Shown here: positions 1 through 7,703 of the stretch, one piece after another | Numbering within the stretch: position 1 is the first letter of the stretch | Layout: each line of letters starts with the position of its first letter | Assembly: GCA_938030745.1 (NCBI GenBank) | Contig: CALHIP010000012.1 | Location: forward strand, 1-45,690 | DNA: 45,690 nucleotides | Direction of reading: 5' to 3' | DNA from: an uncultured Patescibacteria group bacterium | GTDB lineage: Bacteria; Patescibacteriota; Patescibacteriia; UBA2591; CALHIP01 | Position numbers and translations under genes: made by a program | Notes under the pieces: model-generated | Told to the model about the DNA's origin: nothing | Seen by the model: the letters and a program-made list of their open reading frames with translations, nothing else | Database searches by the model: none

Positions 1-399
1 ATCTCTTTCAGCAAAAACAATTATTCTTGAATTTTCTGGCATTTTCATTTCAAAAATATCTTGGTCATCAAAATCAATTAATTGTAAAGAGTTATAATTA
101 GATAAATGTTTTAATTGATTAAGCAAAGGGCTGGAAATATCTCTTTTAATTTCCAAAAAGATCCATTTACTTTCTTTAAGGGCATTAATGATTTTTCTAA
201 TTATATCTTCATCAATGGCCGATTGGTCATAAACAATCCTTTCAATATCAAGTTTGTTTTTTAATTCTTCAAAGATTATTTCTGGCTTTGCTTTACTATT
301 TGGTTCTTTAACAATTAAACCTAAATCAAAGAGGTTTTTCGGTACTCTTTTGACCTTTTTAAGAAGTTGAATAAATGTTTGTAATTCTTCTTTGCCCAT
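1..399 (-). CDS. Hypothetical protein, runs off the window edge; possibly a degenerate AAA_5/MoxR-like domain
   Basis: Manual translation from ATG at 399 gives MGKEELQTFIQLLKK...IINALKESKWIFLEI...MKMPENSRIIVFAERD, open to position 1. Not in the ORF track because its stop lies outside the window. Confidence 0.7.
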   Translation of the reverse strand, partial: MGKEELQTFIQLLKKVKRVPKNLFDLGLIVKEPNSKAKPEIIFEELKNKLDIERIVYDQSAIDEDIIRKIINALKESKWIFLEIKRDISSPLLNQLKHLSNYNSLQLIDFDDQDIFEMKMPENSRIIVFAERD

Positions 400-451
400 A
401 ATTATTTAAAGTTTACCATAAAATTTAGTTTTAGTCAATACCTATTTTTAT

Positions 452-2845
452 TTAATACTTTCCTGGATGTTTAATCATATCTTCTAATAATTCAGCTAAG
501 GCTTCGGCAAAATCTTTTTTGCCTTGGCGACGTTCTTCTTCAGTGACTTTTATTTTTGGAAGAGAAAAAGCCGCTTTATAGAAATCTTTTACAAATTCTG
601 TGTCGGGTCCTAATCCTATCCCGAATAATCTTACTTTCTTTTCTTTTGTAATTTTGTTTAAAACTTTTTTGAGACTTTTTGAATCATCTGGTTTTCCATC
701 AGTTAAAGTAATAAGGAAATTGTCCTTGCCTAAATTCTTGAGGAAACTTTTATAAGTTTCATTTGTTGCTTCAGTCGTATTTGTACCTCCGCCACCCCAA
801 GATTTCATTGCCGCCAGCCTATCTCTTACTTTTTTGTTTAATTTTTCTTTCCATCTTTTAAAAGTTTTTACCGAGTCACTAAAGCCAATAATCTCATATT
901 GAATTCCTAATTTTTCTAATACTTCAGCCAATACTACCAATCCTTTAAATGTTTCTTCTATTTTTTCTCCTTTCATTGAACCTGAAAGGTCAACTAAAAT
1001 AGAAAATCGATAATCAAACTTGTGGGGAATGGTTTTTCTTTCCCAGATTTTTCCCAAATATCTTTTATCAGCTTCAGCCTGCATTGCCATTTCTAAATCA
1101 ACTCTTGAACCAGTTGGATAACCCTTTTTCCATTTGGGATGGCGTTCTGGTAAGAAAAATCGCTTGAGCCGAATATAAAGAGAATTAATAATATCAGCCA
1201 CTTCTTCATAAGTTTTATCATATTCAGTCATTTTTTCTTTACGCATTTGTTCTAATTTTTTTTCTAATTCTTTTCTCTCTTTCTCTGTTTTTTCCCTCTC
1301 TTCCTCTGCTTTTTTTTCTTTTTCTTCTCTTTCTCTTCTTTCTTTATGACTTTCAGGTTTATCTTCGTTTAATTTTCCTTCCATTGCTTTATTAACTGCG
1401 TCTTCAAAATCTTCAAGTGTTTCTTGAGCTTTTTCTTTTAACTCTTCTTGTTTTTTTCTTGGTAATTTTTTAAAGAGTTTATCCAGTTCCTGTTTTGTTT
1501 TATCAGATAATTTATCTTCTGGGTAAGGCATTTCTTCACCTGATTCTATTTGCTCTAATGAATCTTGGATATTTTTGAGTTCTTCTTCGGCTTGCTTTTG
1601 CTTCATTTCTTGAGACAGTTTTTCTGCTTTCTTTTCTTGAAGTTGCTTTTCTAATTCTTCTTTTTCTTTGCCGCTGGCTTTTTCTGTTTTTTCTTCTAAT
1701 TCTTTGATTTCTTTCTCTAATTCTTCTTGTCTTTGTCTTGCCCCTTCAATTTGTTTTTCCTTTTCTTCAATCTCTTGATTTAATCTTTCAATTGCTTCTC
1801 TGATTGCTTTATCAATTTGTTCCTGAAGTTCTTTTCTAACATCTTCTGGCAATCCGTTAAATGGATCTAATTCTTTTTCTAAACCTTCAATTTCTTTTTG
1901 AAGTTCTTCTTCTCTTTTTTGGTCTCCTTGATCTCTAGCTTGTTTCAATTCTTCTCTTTTTTGTTCTATTTCTTTTTGTTTTTGCCTAAACTCTTTCATC
2001 ATCTGTCTTTGTTCTTCAGTATGCAAATCCATTTCTACCAATTTTTTCACTTCTGGCCAGATATAATCATGGTATTGTTTAAAGCATTTTTGAGCTATTT
2101 CTATCACCTCTTTTTCTTCAAGACTCCTGTCGGTCGGCGGGATATTGTTTTGATACTCAATAGCGTCTTTTTGGACCCTTTGCAAAAATTTGTGTATTTC
2201 CGGTTTTAGATTTTTGCTGTACACTCCCTTATGCCAAAGACGCACAAGTTCGGAGGCGGCTTCGGCATAACGAGGATATCGACCCAATTTAGAAATTATC
2301 AAATTAACCTCCGGCGCAATAAACTGAGCGTTTTCTTCCTTTAATTGTTCATCATAAAGTTCTTTATTTAATTCGATAAGGGCGGGGAATTTTCGCGTAT
2401 CCCAGTTGTTTACCCTCGGATCTTCCAAACCGATATTTCTGAAAGAATGAAATCCTATATATTCCGACGAGGAAAGTTTTTTGACCTGCTCTTTTGATAA
2501 GCCTATTTCGTGTTCCCCCCTAGTAATCGCCCGATGGCTTCCTTCGTGTGCCGCAATTCTTTTCGCCTTTCGCGGATTTTCTTTTACAAATAAAGGATTA
2601 AAAGTAATACTTCTTTCTGCTACATTTTCAAAAGCAACATAAGGAATTTTTTCTTCCTGGCCGGTTAAAGGATTTATCTCTTTAAGATACGGGGGGCCCT
2701 GTTCAACTTTCATTCCAAAATCACCACCCACTCTTTTGGCAATAATTTCCAAGATTTCCCATTCTTCTTTTGGGATTTCAATTTTTACCTCTTCTTCAGG
2801 CTTTTTGACTTCTTGACTATGAATTTTTTCAAATTCTTCTGACAT
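452..2845 (-). CDS. VWA-domain protein with N-terminal HExxH metallopeptidase-like domain and long coiled coil (CobT/NorD-like architecture)
   Basis: 797 aa. AAHEGSH plus downstream LEDPRVN; E/K/Q-rich central coiled coil; C-terminal MIDAS motifs LVDLSGSM, GGGTNT, ITLTDG. Confidence 0.85.
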   Translation of the reverse strand: MSEEFEKIHSQEVKKPEEEVKIEIPKEEWEILEIIAKRVGGDFGMKVEQGPPYLKEINPLTGQEEKIPYVAFENVAERSITFNPLFVKENPRKAKRIAAHEGSHRAITRGEHEIGLSKEQVKKLSSSEYIGFHSFRNIGLEDPRVNNWDTRKFPALIELNKELYDEQLKEENAQFIAPEVNLIISKLGRYPRYAEAASELVRLWHKGVYSKNLKPEIHKFLQRVQKDAIEYQNNIPPTDRSLEEKEVIEIAQKCFKQYHDYIWPEVKKLVEMDLHTEEQRQMMKEFRQKQKEIEQKREELKQARDQGDQKREEELQKEIEGLEKELDPFNGLPEDVRKELQEQIDKAIREAIERLNQEIEEKEKQIEGARQRQEELEKEIKELEEKTEKASGKEKEELEKQLQEKKAEKLSQEMKQKQAEEELKNIQDSLEQIESGEEMPYPEDKLSDKTKQELDKLFKKLPRKKQEELKEKAQETLEDFEDAVNKAMEGKLNEDKPESHKERREREEKEKKAEEEREKTEKERKELEKKLEQMRKEKMTEYDKTYEEVADIINSLYIRLKRFFLPERHPKWKKGYPTGSRVDLEMAMQAEADKRYLGKIWERKTIPHKFDYRFSILVDLSGSMKGEKIEETFKGLVVLAEVLEKLGIQYEIIGFSDSVKTFKRWKEKLNKKVRDRLAAMKSWGGGGTNTTEATNETYKSFLKNLGKDNFLITLTDGKPDDSKSLKKVLNKITKEKKVRLFGIGLGPDTEFVKDFYKAAFSLPKIKVTEEERRQGKKDFAEALAELLEDMIKHPGKY

Positions 2846-2851
2846 AATTAT

Positions 2852-2860
2852 ATTATAGCA
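2852..2860 (-). promoter_or_regulatory. Extended -10 promoter (TGCTATAAT), probably leaderless
   Basis: Plus-strand attatagca; the -10 hexamer is separated by 6 nt from the ATG at 2845. Confidence 0.6.
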
Positions 2861-3257
2861 ATATGTTTAGAAAAAGGAACTGATATATCTTAAGTTATAC
2901 TATTCAGGATTTGTCAAAGGCTGCAAAAGGTTGTTTGTTAAATAAATGAAGTAAAATTCAATAATATTAATTTTAGCCTGATTTTTGGAAAAATAGAATT
3001 GGAAATAAAGGTGATTTCCATTTTTATTTTTATACTCCTGATCATTTTTAACCTTCCGCGTTTTTGTCCGCTAAAAATGAATTGTCTGAGCAACAGACCG
3101 CCGCGAATGGCGAGCAGGCTTCAATGTTTGGCGCCGATAAAGAAAAATTAATTTCTCTTAAAAATAGTGAGTTTGAAGCGAATAATGCTGCTGTCTATCC
3201 TGAATAAAATCCGAACTTTTTTCCACGAAAATCCCGACGCTGAATTTTGATAATTTT

Positions 3258-3320
3258 CGCTCGGGCGGGCAAAAGAGAAGAGGTTGGGGGGAAGGAATTT
3301 TTACCCGCCATCGCTTTCGC
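3258..3320 (+). repeat. Left arm of GC-rich imperfect inverted repeat
   Basis: cgctcgggcgggcaaaagagaagaggttggggggaaggaatttttacccgccatcgctttcgc, similar to the reverse complement of 4761-4823. Contains an internal stem ggcgggcaaaa/ttttacccgcc. Confidence 0.8.
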
Positions 3321-3360
3321 CGCCGAATTTCGTGCTAACGAAGTTGGTGCGCCATATCTG

Positions 3361-4470
3361 TTATTTTAATCCATTTCCAAAATTTATTCCAACAAAAATT
3401 TTTAATTTATAGCCGAGTGAAACATGCTTTTTCAAAACACTAACATCGGCTTTTAGCTTTTCGTACTTTGTATTCAGATTATTGCCAGCGACACGGATTT
3501 TTTCTTCATACTGCTTAATTGTGTTAAAAAGACTTTCGTTGTAATGATTTAGATTTTGAACGAAATTGTTAAATTGTTTTAGCTCATTTTCAGTTTGACG
3601 AACCGTTTGCTCAAATTCGTCTATATATCCTACCTGATGAAAAGTTGATATTTTGTGTCCGTCTTCTTGGGACATTTTACGGTTTAAATTTTTATCAACA
3701 TATTGAAGATATTTTTGGAAGTAGACCATCATTTTTTTATTCTTTTTCAATTTTTTAGTCAATTCTTTAATCTCGCTGATTAGTTTTTCCTTTGCTTGTT
3801 TATACCTGTTTAGTATTTCCTGAATTTTATTAAAAGCAAAATTAAAATTTTCGTCCGACAAATATCCATAAGTAGTAGTTTCGATTGTAGTTGTCGTCAT
3901 ATTAGATAAAAACCCGTAATCGGTTGAACTATTTGTTTTAATAACTTTCCTTCCGTTTTTTATGACATTGGAAAACCCCAACATCATAGCCGTAATGTCT
4001 GTATAAATTTCGTTATCTTTTTCTTTATGCCAAAGTGAGTGCAAAACAATATGCGAAAGCTCATGAGCCATTACGGCTATAAAGGTCGCTGGATTATCTG
4101 CGCAATCTTCACTAACCCTTACACTTATCGGAAAATTATTTAACCCAGAAGTGCCATACATTGGCAAATATCCAGGTATAGAAACTTGAGCGATTATACC
4201 TTCGCTTCCCCTTCCTCTCCAATCGGTCTTTACCAGATGTGTGCTATGAAAGGCATTCGTATTGCCGGGGTGATAACCCTTCGGCACATACGAAAGATTT
4301 ATTTCTATTGGTAACTTCAAATATTTAGCAATTTCTTTTATGCCTTCCTTAACTTTTCCTTGGCGAATAAGAGATATTATTTTTTGATCGTCTACATTAT
4401 CTTTAATGCCGATCAAATCAGAGAGTGTTTTAATGGCTTCTTCTATGTAATCTTTGCTTATGTTTTCCAT
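3361..4470 (-). CDS. Hypothetical HExxH zinc-metallopeptidase-like protein with C-terminal coiled coil
   Basis: 369 aa. VMAHELSHIVL followed by DNEIYTDITAMMLGF and YGYL; helical C-terminal third. Confidence 0.75.
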   Translation of the reverse strand: MENISKDYIEEAIKTLSDLIGIKDNVDDQKIISLIRQGKVKEGIKEIAKYLKLPIEINLSYVPKGYHPGNTNAFHSTHLVKTDWRGRGSEGIIAQVSIPGYLPMYGTSGLNNFPISVRVSEDCADNPATFIAVMAHELSHIVLHSLWHKEKDNEIYTDITAMMLGFSNVIKNGRKVIKTNSSTDYGFLSNMTTTTIETTTYGYLSDENFNFAFNKIQEILNRYKQAKEKLISEIKELTKKLKKNKKMMVYFQKYLQYVDKNLNRKMSQEDGHKISTFHQVGYIDEFEQTVRQTENELKQFNNFVQNLNHYNESLFNTIKQYEEKIRVAGNNLNTKYEKLKADVSVLKKHVSLGYKLKIFVGINFGNGLK

Positions 4471-4477
4471 AAAAGTT

Positions 4478-4683
4478 TTATTTCAATAATTCATCAGCCG
4501 AAACTCCAAGAGCTTCAGCTAATTTTTGAATTGTCGCAAGGGTTGGATTTTTTTCCCGTTTTCAATTCCGCTAATATAAGCTCGGTGAACTTCTAATTTG
4601 CGAGATATTGCGCCTTGCAACAATTTTTTAACGGTTCTTATCCGCTTTAAGTTTTTGCCGAGTTTTGTTGATATTTCCGCTGA
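4478..4683 (-). pseudogene. XRE-family helix-turn-helix regulator, frameshifted and lacking a clear start codon
   Basis: AEISTKLGKNLKRIR...LEVHRAYISGIENGKK, then after a -1 shift at the A7 run (T7 at 4548-4554) NPTLATIQKLAEALGVSADELLK*, a canonical XRE C-terminus. Stop at 4478-4480. Confidence 0.85.
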
Positions 4684-4760
4684 ACAAAGGGAGTAAAATT
4701 GTTGGGTGTGTACGGATGGGTGGGGCAAACACAACCCCATATTTTTCCGCGGAGCATTTC

Positions 4761-4823
4761 GCAAAGCGAGGGTGGGGGTGGAAAGTTCTTTTTCCCAAAC
4801 CCCTTTTCCTTCCCGCCCGAGCG
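4761..4823 (-). repeat. Right arm of GC-rich imperfect inverted repeat
   Basis: Reverse complement reads cgctcgggcgggaaggaaaaggggtttgggaaaaagaactttccacccccaccctcgctttgc; the first 12 nt are identical to 3258-3269. Confidence 0.8.
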
Positions 4824-4849
4824 AGGTAGGAAACCAAAACTTTATAAAT

Positions 4850-4923
4850 TGGCTGCGGGGCTTGGACTCGAACCAAGATAAGAAGCTCCAAAGGCTTCTG
4901 TCCTACCATTAGACGACCCCGCA
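4850..4923 (-). tRNA. tRNA-Gln(TTG) with encoded CCA
   Basis: TGCGGGG/CCCCGCA acceptor stem, anticodon arm GAAGC-CT TTG GA-GCTTC, GGTTCGAGTCC T arm, 3' GCCA. Confidence 0.97.
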
Positions 4924-4962
4924 ATTTCTATCTAATAATGATAACAAATTTTTGTAATTTTT

Positions 4963-5862
4963 TCAAGAAAAAATGGTTAAAATAAAAAGACCAAGACAGA
5001 TTGAAAAAATACCGAAGATTTTTTGAATAATAACTCTCTTTTCTAACTCCTCTTTAAAAAGATAAGGAAATTTAAAAGAAATTAATAAACTTAAAATAAA
5101 AACAAAAACATATTGGATACCAATTAAAGCATTAATTAAAGCAACGTTGCCTAAAGAAATAGCTGAATTTAAAAGAAAAAAAGCAATAGCTGAAAATCCT
5201 TGATTTGATAGGAAAAGAAAAGAAATTTTTTTTTCAGTTTTTTTCAAAGAATTTAAAATAATTTTTCTTGATTGATTAAAAATTAAAAATCCTAAAGCGA
5301 AAAGGAAACTTCCTAGTCTTATCCAAATAAATCCATTAATAAATGATAATTGCTGATAAACAACCTTAGTTAAAATAAAAAAGAGACTAAAGAGAAAAGA
5401 ACATAAAACAATTAAGGGCCAGTCTTTGATAAAAAATTTTTTCTTTTTTTCTTTAATGACAGTCATTAAAAATCCACCAGAAAGAAGAAAGAAAATAGCA
5501 ATGAGAATTAAAGGAGAAAATTTTTCTTTTAAAATAAGATAACTTAAAGGGATGGAAAAAACAGAAGTAAAACTACCAATTAGAGGAATAACTCGAGAAG
5601 CTTCATTGATTTTTAAGGAAGAAAAAAATAATAAGAGAGCAGCAACAGATAATCCACCAGTAAAGAAAGAAATTATTAAATAATTAAATGATGGTAAGAC
5701 AAAATTGTCAGCAAAAATAAGAAGTAGAGAAAAAATACTAAGAATACTAATATAGAAGGTATAAACAATTGGTTGTGGAATTTTTTTTGAGACTAAAAAT
5801 TTATCAATTAAGACAACGACAGCGCTAAAAAAATAAGAGAGAATAGTAAGAATAAGCCACAT
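4963..5862 (-). CDS. EamA/DMT family transporter
   Basis: 299 aa, about 10 hydrophobic segments in two repeats; EASRVIPL and ILKEKFS motifs. Confidence 0.85.
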   Translation of the reverse strand: MWLILTILSYFFSAVVVLIDKFLVSKKIPQPIVYTFYISILSIFSLLLIFADNFVLPSFNYLIISFFTGGLSVAALLLFFSSLKINEASRVIPLIGSFTSVFSIPLSYLILKEKFSPLILIAIFFLLSGGFLMTVIKEKKKKFFIKDWPLIVLCSFLFSLFFILTKVVYQQLSFINGFIWIRLGSFLFALGFLIFNQSRKIILNSLKKTEKKISFLFLSNQGFSAIAFFLLNSAISLGNVALINALIGIQYVFVFILSLLISFKFPYLFKEELEKRVIIQKIFGIFSICLGLFILTIFS

Positions 5863-5866
5863 ATTT

Positions 5867-6676
5867 TTAATTTTTTGGTTTATAAAATTTCCACTTTAAA
5901 AAATATTTAATAGCACTTAAAATGTGAATCCAGGTGATCTTAGAAAATAGGGCAAAAATTCCTTCTTGGTCAGCTGATGCTCTTTGATAATAATGGACCA
6001 TACAAGAATCGGGAAAATAAAAAATTTTCCAGCCAGCATTTTTAGCTCTTCGACATAAGTCAACATCTTCAAAATAAAGAAAGAATCTCTCATCAAAAAA
6101 ACCGATCTCATCTAATGTTTTTCTTCTAATCATTAAACAAGCGCCTAAAAGCCAATCAACCTCTTTTTTCTCTAAATGATTAAAATCAGCCATTAAATAT
6201 TCATTAATTTTCTTTTTCGCCCAAGAAAATTTTCTTACAAATGTTCTTCTTAAAATTGGTGTATACCATTTTGGAAAACGAAAACAAGATGGTTGAATAC
6301 TTTTATCAGGATTGATTAATTTTGGCCCACAAATTCCAACTTTTTCATTCTCTTCCATAAACTGATAGAGTTTTTCAATTGAATTCTCTAAGACAACAAT
6401 GTCAGGGTTTAAAATAAGAATGTATTTACCTAAAGAATTTTTAATTCCTAAATTGTTAGCTTTAGCAAATCCTAAATTTTTATTGTTTAAAATAATCTTT
6501 AATTTTTCATTTTTATTTTTTAATTGGCGTAAAAAATCAGGACTACTATCAGCTGAATTGTTATCAACAACAATTATTTCATAGTCTAATTTTGGTTTAA
6601 CTAAATCAATTCCTTTAAGAGATTGTTTTAAAAGATTTTTTTGATTGTAATTAACAATAATAATAGATAAATCCAT
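5867..6676 (-). CDS. Glycosyltransferase family 2 (WbbL-like)
   Basis: DLSIIIVNYN, VVDNNS, NLGFAKANN, LNPD, FDERFFLYFEDVDLC. Confidence 0.93.
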   Translation of the reverse strand: MDLSIIIVNYNQKNLLKQSLKGIDLVKPKLDYEIIVVDNNSADSSPDFLRQLKNKNEKLKIILNNKNLGFAKANNLGIKNSLGKYILILNPDIVVLENSIEKLYQFMEENEKVGICGPKLINPDKSIQPSCFRFPKWYTPILRRTFVRKFSWAKKKINEYLMADFNHLEKKEVDWLLGACLMIRRKTLDEIGFFDERFFLYFEDVDLCRRAKNAGWKIFYFPDSCMVHYYQRASADQEGIFALFSKITWIHILSAIKYFLKWKFYKPKN

Positions 6677-6680
6677 ATTT

Positions 6681-7703
6681 TTAGTGATAAAATTTTCTTA
6701 TTTCATTTGAAGTAATCAATCTATTTTTCATAATATACTTTCTTTTTTTAAGCATTTGAGGCAATTTTTTAATAATCTCTAAAATTGCTTTTAATGTTGA
6801 TTGTTCAAAAAATAAAATATAAAAAAATTTTTTTAATTCGTAGAAAAAAATAAATGGCAAATCTTTTAAAAAATTTTCAAACGATTCATTTTTAATTAAA
6901 GAAAAAAGATGGTTCCGATAAGAAAGATAATTAATTAATGGTGATTTTTCTCTTCTTCTTTTAATTATCTCTTTAATTTTAAATTTTGTGCCAAAAATTT
7001 GACGATAATGATAAGCAATAGCATTTGGTAAATAAATTATCTTCCAACCACGCCATCTTAAACGATAAGAAAGATCAAAATCTTCTTTATAAGCAAAAAA
7101 ATCTTCATCAAAATATTCATAATACGATCTTAAGTCTTTAGAAATCTTTATATCTTCAAGAGCTTGACGTCGAAAAAGAACACAAGCACCGGAAAGGCCA
7201 AAAACTTCTTCGACTTTATCATATTGTCCTTTATCTAATTCTCCTTCACCTCGATTAATGACTCTTCTTGATTTGAAAATTTTTAGACCAGTTGAATCAA
7301 TAATTTTTGTTTTTACTCTCTCTTCTATTTCTGGCTCAGATGTATAAATTTTTAAAATTTTACCAGAAATTGCTCCAATTTTTTCATCTTTTTCTATTTC
7401 TGATAAAATTTTCTCTAAAAAATCTTCTTTTAAAATAATATCTGGATTTAAAATTAAAACAAATTCAGACTTGGTTAAATTAATTCCCTGATTGTGCGCT
7501 TTAGCAAAACCTAAATTTTTATTATTTTTAAAAATTTTAACTTCTGGAAAATTTTTTTGAAGAAATTCTATTGTTCCATCATTTGATGCATTATCAATTA
7601 CTAAAACAGAAAAATTTTTATATGTCTGAGAAAAAATCGATTTTAAGCAATCAGGCAAAAATTTTAAAGAATTCCAGCTGACAATATGAATAGAGACTTT
7701 CAT
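6681..7703 (-). CDS. Glycosyltransferase family 2
   Basis: VIDNASNDGT, NLGFAKAHN, LNPD, FDEDFFAYKEDFDL. Confidence 0.93.
   Translation of the reverse strand: MKVSIHIVSWNSLKFLPDCLKSIFSQTYKNFSVLVIDNASNDGTIEFLQKNFPEVKIFKNNKNLGFAKAHNQGINLTKSEFVLILNPDIILKEDFLEKILSEIEKDEKIGAISGKILKIYTSEPEIEERVKTKIIDSTGLKIFKSRRVINRGEGELDKGQYDKVEEVFGLSGACVLFRRQALEDIKISKDLRSYYEYFDEDFFAYKEDFDLSYRLRWRGWKIIYLPNAIAYHYRQIFGTKFKIKEIIKRRREKSPLINYLSYRNHLFSLIKNESFENFLKDLPFIFFYELKKFFYILFFEQSTLKAILEIIKKLPQMLKKRKYIMKNRLITSNEIRKFYH

Larger units (their letters stand above)
3185..4856. mobile_element. Putative non-autonomous tRNA-integrated mini-element (no recombinase in window)
   Basis: Abuts the tRNA-Gln 3' end; GC-rich inverted repeats at 3258-3320 and 4761-4823; shared GCTGC core at 3187-3191 and 4852-4856; cargo is an XRE pseudogene plus an HExxH ORF. 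Confidence 0.55.

Noticed and set aside
1230-2010. Low-complexity ttc/ttt repeats in the VWA gene (also the rpoA tail)
   Set aside because: Explained by Glu/Lys-rich coiled-coil coding; no discrete repeat unit.
3052-3207. Start-less plus-strand frame (…KNELSEQQTAANGEQASMFG…KNSEFE…) left of the candidate attL
   Set aside because: It could be a decayed recombinase 3' remnant, but it has no start codon or recognisable motif, so it cannot be supported without a search.
4628-4924. ORFs 4628..4924(-), 4699..4881(+), 4706..4912(+) and the N-terminal part of 4519..4764(-)
   Set aside because: They overlap the tRNA-Gln and the GC-rich repeat, where stop codons are scarce. Only the XRE remnant and the possible att-junction peptide are interpretable.
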